A stretch of 51,269 nucleotides of DNA from Alphaproteobacteria bacterium (GTDB taxonomy: Bacteria > Pseudomonadota > Alphaproteobacteria > Caulobacterales > Parvularculaceae). Numbering within the stretch: the first letter of the stretch is position 1; every line of letters begins with the position of its first letter. A program made the translations under genes and the position numbers. The notes under the pieces are model-generated. The model saw nothing but the letters and a program-made list of their open reading frames with translations, did not search any database and was not told the DNA's origin. This document shows positions 46,864 to 51,269 of the stretch, piece after piece. The stretch is from NCBI GenBank assembly GCA_013151435.1, contig JAADIH010000108.1, positions 1 to 51,269 of the forward strand, read 5' to 3'.

Positions 46864-48066
46864 CTATGTGGTTTGATTACTTTTCCACGCGCTTTCGACT
46901 TTATCAGCCCACCACTGCGCCATCTTCACACGTTCCTCCCAATAGGTGGCGCGGTGGTAGGCGCGGCGGATTTCGTCCGCGCCGACATGGGCAAGTTCGG
47001 CTTCGATGGCGTCAGGCGACCACTTGCCGCTTTCATTCAGCAGGCTGGAGGCGCTGGCGCGAAATCCGTGTGATGTACATTCTTCTTTAGTGAAACCCAT
47101 CCGGCGCAATGCCGTGTTCATAGTGTTGTCGCTAATTGGCTTATTATTCGCCCATGCTGACGGGAACACCAGATCGCCAGCGGGATTCACGAGCCGCAAT
47201 TCCTTGAGCAAATCGATGGCTTGTGCGGGTAGTGGTTTGATATGAGGGCGGCGCATTTTCATGCGCTCTTTGGGAATACTCCAGGTCGCGGCGTCGAGAT
47301 CAAATTCATTCCATTTGGCTTGCCTCAACTCGCCAGGGCGGGGATATAAAAGCGCCATCAGCTTCAGGGCGGTGCGCGTTTCCGGTGCGCCAGACTGATA
47401 GCCCCAGACCGCCCTAATCAATCCGGCAAAATCTTCCCAATCCGTCAGCGCCGACAAGTGCACGGTTTTTGGGGTAATCAGGGCGCCACGAAGCCCGAAT
47501 GTCGGGTCATTCGAGGCGCGCGCGGTGGCGACGGCGTAACGGAATACCTGCCCAATGATTGAGCGCATTCGCTTCGCCGTCTCGTAGTTCCCTTTCGCCT
47601 CCACCTTGCGAAGAACGGCTAGCACTTCAGCAGCAGTGATAGATTCAATCGGTAGGTTACCGAGATCGGCTTTCGCCATGCTCAGCACCCACCGCTTCTT
47701 TTCGATTGTTCTTGCGGCCAGCCCTTCCTTTTCGCCTTTGGCGACAAGCTCGTCTGAGATTTTGCCGAATGTGTGCTCGCTCAGGGCTCTTTGCTGTTCT
47801 TGCTCGGCCTTTGCACTAGCCATTGGATCGAGCCCGTCAGCGAGCAGGATTTTGGCTTGCTGGCGTTTAGCTCGGGCCTTGGCGAGGGTGGTATCGGGAT
47901 ACGCTCCAAAGGAAAGCAGCTTTTGCTTTCCACCATGGCGATAGGCCATCCGCCACAACTTCGAGCCATTAGGTCTGACTTCAACAAATAGCCCGCCGCC
48001 ATCGCTCTTTCGAAAGGGCTTGGCTGCCGGCTTCAGGCTGCGAACTTGAATATCTGTGAGAGGCAT
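46864..48066 (-). CDS. P4-like tyrosine integrase with arm-binding domain
   Basis: MPLTD...SDGGGLFVEVRPNGSKLW arm domain, RPGELR, HGFRASASS, LAH and RRAYHR motifs. Confidence 0.95.
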   Translation of the reverse strand: MPLTDIQVRSLKPAAKPFRKSDGGGLFVEVRPNGSKLWRMAYRHGGKQKLLSFGAYPDTTLAKARAKRQQAKILLADGLDPMASAKAEQEQQRALSEHTFGKISDELVAKGEKEGLAARTIEKKRWVLSMAKADLGNLPIESITAAEVLAVLRKVEAKGNYETAKRMRSIIGQVFRYAVATARASNDPTFGLRGALITPKTVHLSALTDWEDFAGLIRAVWGYQSGAPETRTALKLMALLYPRPGELRQAKWNEFDLDAATWSIPKERMKMRRPHIKPLPAQAIDLLKELRLVNPAGDLVFPSAWANNKPISDNTMNTALRRMGFTKEECTSHGFRASASSLLNESGKWSPDAIEAELAHVGADEIRRAYHRATYWEERVKMAQWWADKVESAWKSNQTT

Positions 48067-48159
48067 TGTTGGTATTTCCGTTGGTACCGCCCCTAACAGA
48101 TAGGATCATCAACCCGCAAATACCAACAAATATACCAACATTTTAGCTGGATACCAACA
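48067..48159. repeat. Integrase arm-type binding repeats (tRNA-proximal end)
   Basis: TACCAACA at 48121, 48133 and 48152. Inverted copies TGTTGGTA at 48067 and CGTTGGTA at 48079. Confidence 0.75.
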
Positions 48160-48261
48160 CATCATGCCGGACATTACCGCACTTGCGAAGCGCCGAATTG
48201 CAGGTAAGTAGCTGTATTGTTTATGTTATTATATTTCAACGAACGCTATAGGATAATGTTC

Positions 48262-48348
48262 TGGTGCCCAGGAGAAGACTCGAACTTCCACGACCTTGCG
48301 GCCACTGCGACCTGAACGCAGCGCGTCTACCAATTCCGCCACCTGGGC
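48262..48348 (-). tRNA. tRNA-Leu (anticodon CAG)
   Basis: GCCCAGGTGGCGGAATTGGTAGACGCGCTGCGTTCAGGTCGCAG...GTTCGAGTCTTCTCCTGGGCACCA. 87 nt with long variable arm and encoded CCA. Confidence 0.97.
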
Positions 48349-48656
48349 TTGAGGGTGTGTGCGATAGATTGGGATTGCGCTTGTGTCAAATGCTGGTTTG
48401 AGCAGATGGTTCGCACCTGGTGGTTTTTGAACTCACCCTCACTGCTGCCGCCCTTCCAGTGTTTATTCAACCAGCCAAGCCTTTATCGAGCGCATGATAA
48501 GGCTGGACCGGGCGCTACTCAGAATTTCGAGCAACGTGGCGGTCAATAGGGTCGAATATATGCATTCAGACCCGAGCCTTGGCGGCCTCTGCCTTAATAG
48601 GCTTGACGTGCGCGGCCCGGCGCCCGAAGAGCGCGCGAAGCCACCTTACATCCGTT

Positions 48657-50237
48657 ATGACCGACGCTTATCTCAACCGCCGCACCTTCGCGATTATCTC
48701 GCATCCCGACGCCGGCAAAACCACGCTGACCGAGAAGCTGTTGCTTGCCTCTGGCGCGATCCGGCTTGCCGGCGAGGTTAAGGCCAAGGGCGACCGCCGC
48801 CGCGCGCGCTCCGACTGGCTGGCGATTGAACAAAAGCGCGGCATTTCGGTGACGACGTCGGCGATGACTTTTGAACATGACGGCGCAATCTTTAATCTGC
48901 TCGACACGCCGGGCCATGAAGATTTCTCCGAGGACACCTATCGCACGCTCACCGCGGTTGATTCCGCGATCATGGTGATCGATGCGGCCAAGGGCATTGA
49001 AACCCAGACGCGAAAACTGTTTGAGGTTTGCCGCCTGCGCGATATTCCGATCATCACCTATATCAACAAAGTCGACCGCGAGGGCCGCGATCTGTTTGAG
49101 CTTCTCGACGAGGTTGCCGACCAACTGGCGCTTGATGTTTGTCCACGCGTGTGGCCGCTGGGGACCGGCGGACAGTTCAAAGGCTGTTATGACTTGGCCC
49201 ATGACCGGGTGCTGTTGCCGGCGGACGGCGATGTCAGCGGCGCATTCGGGAAGACGATAGAGCTTGATAACCCCGATGATCCCCGTCTTGACGAATTAAT
49301 CGGCGTTGACGACGTCGCGGATGCGCGCGAAGCGATGGAACTGGCGCGCGAGGGCTATGCGCCGTTTGACCTGAAAGCGTTCCGCGAGGGCACGCTGACG
49401 CCGGTCTATTTCGGCTCGGCGCTGAAGGAGTTTACCGTCGCCGAATTGCTGCGCGATATCGGCAAATTCGCGCCGCCGCCGGGACCGCAACAGGCTGGCG
49501 CAGAACAAATCTTGCCCGATGACGATGCGGTTTCGGGTTTCGTGTTTAAGGTCCAGGCGAATATGGACCCCAACCATCGCGACCGCATCGCTTTTGTGCG
49601 GATATGTTCCGGTCGCTTCAAGCGCGGCATGAAGCTGAAAGTCACCCGCACCGCGAAAGCGCTCGCCATCAATGCGCCGATTTTTTTTATGGCCCAGGAC
49701 CGTCAGCTTGCGGAGGAAGCGGTCGCCGGCGATATTGTCGGCATCCCCAACCATGGCGCGCTCGGCGTTGGCGACACGTTGAGCGAGCGCGACGGGCTTC
49801 AATATACCGGACTGCCGGACTTTGCGCCGGAGATCATCCGCCGGGTGCGGCTTGACGATCCGATGAAGGCCAAACAGATGAAGCGGGCGATGATTGCGCT
49901 GGCCGAAGAGGGCGCCAGCCAGGTGTTCACCCCAGTGCTCGGCGCTGATTTTTATGTCGGCGTGGTCGGCGCTCTACAGTTGGATGTGATCGAGGCGCGT
50001 CTCATAGCTGAATATGGCGTGGCCGCGACGCTGGAGGTTTGCGGCTATGAAACGGTGCGCTGGCTCGGCGGCGACAACGACGCCGATGTCCAAACTTTCG
50101 TCGCCAAAAATCAGGGCGCCGTCGCCCATGACCGTTATGGCGCACCGGTTTATCTCGCCCGCTCGCAATGGGAAGCCGGCTATGCGGAAGACAAAAATCC
50201 CGGCGTTCAGTTCCTGAAAACCCGCGAGCGGACATAA
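48657..50237 (+). CDS. prfC: Peptide chain release factor 3
   Basis: RRTFAIISHPDAGKTTLTEKLLL, DTPGHEDFSEDTYR and FKVQANMDPNHRDRIAF motifs. Start at ATG 48657. Confidence 0.97.
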   Translation: MTDAYLNRRTFAIISHPDAGKTTLTEKLLLASGAIRLAGEVKAKGDRRRARSDWLAIEQKRGISVTTSAMTFEHDGAIFNLLDTPGHEDFSEDTYRTLTAVDSAIMVIDAAKGIETQTRKLFEVCRLRDIPIITYINKVDREGRDLFELLDEVADQLALDVCPRVWPLGTGGQFKGCYDLAHDRVLLPADGDVSGAFGKTIELDNPDDPRLDELIGVDDVADAREAMELAREGYAPFDLKAFREGTLTPVYFGSALKEFTVAELLRDIGKFAPPPGPQQAGAEQILPDDDAVSGFVFKVQANMDPNHRDRIAFVRICSGRFKRGMKLKVTRTAKALAINAPIFFMAQDRQLAEEAVAGDIVGIPNHGALGVGDTLSERDGLQYTGLPDFAPEIIRRVRLDDPMKAKQMKRAMIALAEEGASQVFTPVLGADFYVGVVGALQLDVIEARLIAEYGVAATLEVCGYETVRWLGGDNDADVQTFVAKNQGAVAHDRYGAPVYLARSQWEAGYAEDKNPGVQFLKTRERT

Positions 50238-50324
50238 ACGCCGAACGCACCACCCTCGTTAATCACTTGGCGCTAGGCTTGGTTTCAGGTTAAGTCAGCA
50301 CATGACAAAATGCGAGCATGACGG

Positions 50325-51167
50325 ATGATTGACTACAGGCAAGGAACGCCTATCGCAGTTCTCGGCATGTCGGGCGTCGGCAAAACCCGCATCGCCTCGA
50401 TGTTGCGCGCGCAAGCTGGCTGGTTTCATTACTCCGTCGATTACCGCATCGGCACACGCTATATGGGCGAGGCGATTGTCGATAATTTCAAACGTGAGGC
50501 GACCAAAGTGCCGCTCCTTCGCGAGCTTTTGCTTTCCGATTCGATTTATATCTCGCCGAATATCACTTTCGACAATCTCGACCCTCTATCGACTTACCTC
50601 GGCAAGCCCGGCGACCCGGCCAAAGGCGGTATCGCTTTTGCGGAATATCTGCGCCGCCAGCGCCAGCATCGCGATGCGGAAATCCGTGCACTGAGCGATA
50701 CGCCGCTGTTTGTTGAAAAGGCGCGCGACATTTACGGCTATGAGCGGTTTATCTGCGACACTGGCGGGTCTATCTGCGAAATCGCCAATCCGCAGGATGC
50801 GGACGACCCGGTGTTGAAGGCGCTGTCGGAGACTTGCCTGTTGGTTTATTTCGAGGGTGATGACGCACACAATGAGGCGCTGAAAAGCCGCTTCGATAAG
50901 GCGCCAAAGCCGATGTATTACAACGAAGATTTTTTGCAGCAAGTCTGGGCGGATTATTTAAGCGAGACCGGTTTGCCGGAAAATAAAGTCAATCCGGACG
51001 ATTTTATCCGCTGGGGATTTGCAAGGCTGATCGAATGGCGCACACCGCGCTATCAGGCCATCGCTAAAGGCTGGGGCGTGACAATTTCCGCGGCGAAAAT
51101 AGAAAAAGTGCGCGAGCCTGAAGCGTTCCTGGCGCTGGTCGATGCGGCGGTGAAGGCGCAAGGCTAG
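50325..51167 (+). CDS. Conserved P-loop ATPase/kinase-like protein of unknown function
   Basis: Walker A GMSGVGKT, HYSVDYRIGTRYM and DTGGS motifs. Confidence 0.8.
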   Translation: MIDYRQGTPIAVLGMSGVGKTRIASMLRAQAGWFHYSVDYRIGTRYMGEAIVDNFKREATKVPLLRELLLSDSIYISPNITFDNLDPLSTYLGKPGDPAKGGIAFAEYLRRQRQHRDAEIRALSDTPLFVEKARDIYGYERFICDTGGSICEIANPQDADDPVLKALSETCLLVYFEGDDAHNEALKSRFDKAPKPMYYNEDFLQQVWADYLSETGLPENKVNPDDFIRWGFARLIEWRTPRYQAIAKGWGVTISAAKIEKVREPEAFLALVDAAVKAQG

Positions 51168-51214
51168 GGACATTCCGCCGTTAAAGAGAGCCGAACTACT
51201 ATACATAAACCCCG

Positions 51215-51269
51215 CTCATCCCGGCGAAAGCCGGGATCCAGGCAATGGTAGTTCTGGATCCCGGCTTTC
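51215..51269. repeat. REP-like palindromic element (truncated by window end)
   Basis: CTCATCCCGGCGAAAGCCGGGATCCAG...CTGGATCCCGGCTTTC inverted pair. Confidence 0.8.

Larger units (their letters stand above)
36751..48284 (-). mobile_element. Integrative element (genomic island) inserted at the tRNA-Leu 3' end
   Basis: P4-like integrase next to the tRNA, a degenerate copy of the tRNA 3' end at 36751-36772, TACCAACA arm repeats at both ends, and AlpA. Confidence 0.85.

Noticed and set aside
36751-48284. Prophage or P4-like satellite/PICI call
   Set aside because: No primase, replication, capsid, terminase or Psu/Sid-like genes are visible. Only integration functions and cargo are present.
48579-48656. 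26-aa N-terminal extension of RF3 in the ORF track
   Set aside because: RF3 homology begins at MTDAYLNRRTFAII, so the ATG at 48657 is the more plausible start.
202-51206. Numerous short antisense or overlapping ORFs in the six-frame track
   Set aside because: They are shadows of well-supported genes in moderately GC-rich DNA and carry no independent motifs.

Overview
Alphaproteobacterial chromosome segment. The taxon is inferred from repeat types and gene content, not proven. Core genes lie at the right end: tRNA-Leu(CAG) at 48262-48348 (-), prfC, a P-loop ATPase and a REP-like palindrome. Everything left of the tRNA looks like accreted accessory DNA. (1) An ~11.5 kb integrative element (about 36751-48284) sits at the tRNA-Leu 3' end. 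It has a P4-type integrase, AlpA, a second tyrosine recombinase and a four-gene defence-like operon: an MmeI/YeeA-like methyltransferase lacking an obvious nuclease motif, a NucS-like nuclease, an SF2 helicase and a T5orf172 GIY-YIG nuclease. (2) An Mrr remnant. (3) A TonB-receptor/amidohydrolase/transaminase/aldehyde-dehydrogenase catabolic cluster. (4) A FecIR-TBDR signalling trio. (5) An inositol cluster (ino1, CDP-alcohol phosphotransferase, flippase, MMPL, nucleotidyltransferase, GDPD) that I infer makes and exports an inositol phospholipid. (6) A broken serine recombinase interrupted by a 104-bp CTAG-bounded palindromic element. (7) Small unrelated gene modules separated by arrays of very degenerate ~30-bp pseudo-palindromes with a 45-46-bp period, which is the least explained structure in the window. 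(8) A decaying module of secreted tandem-repeat proteins and a LuxR-ATPase regulator with two apparent frameshifts. All calls come from reading motifs by eye; no database searches were run.
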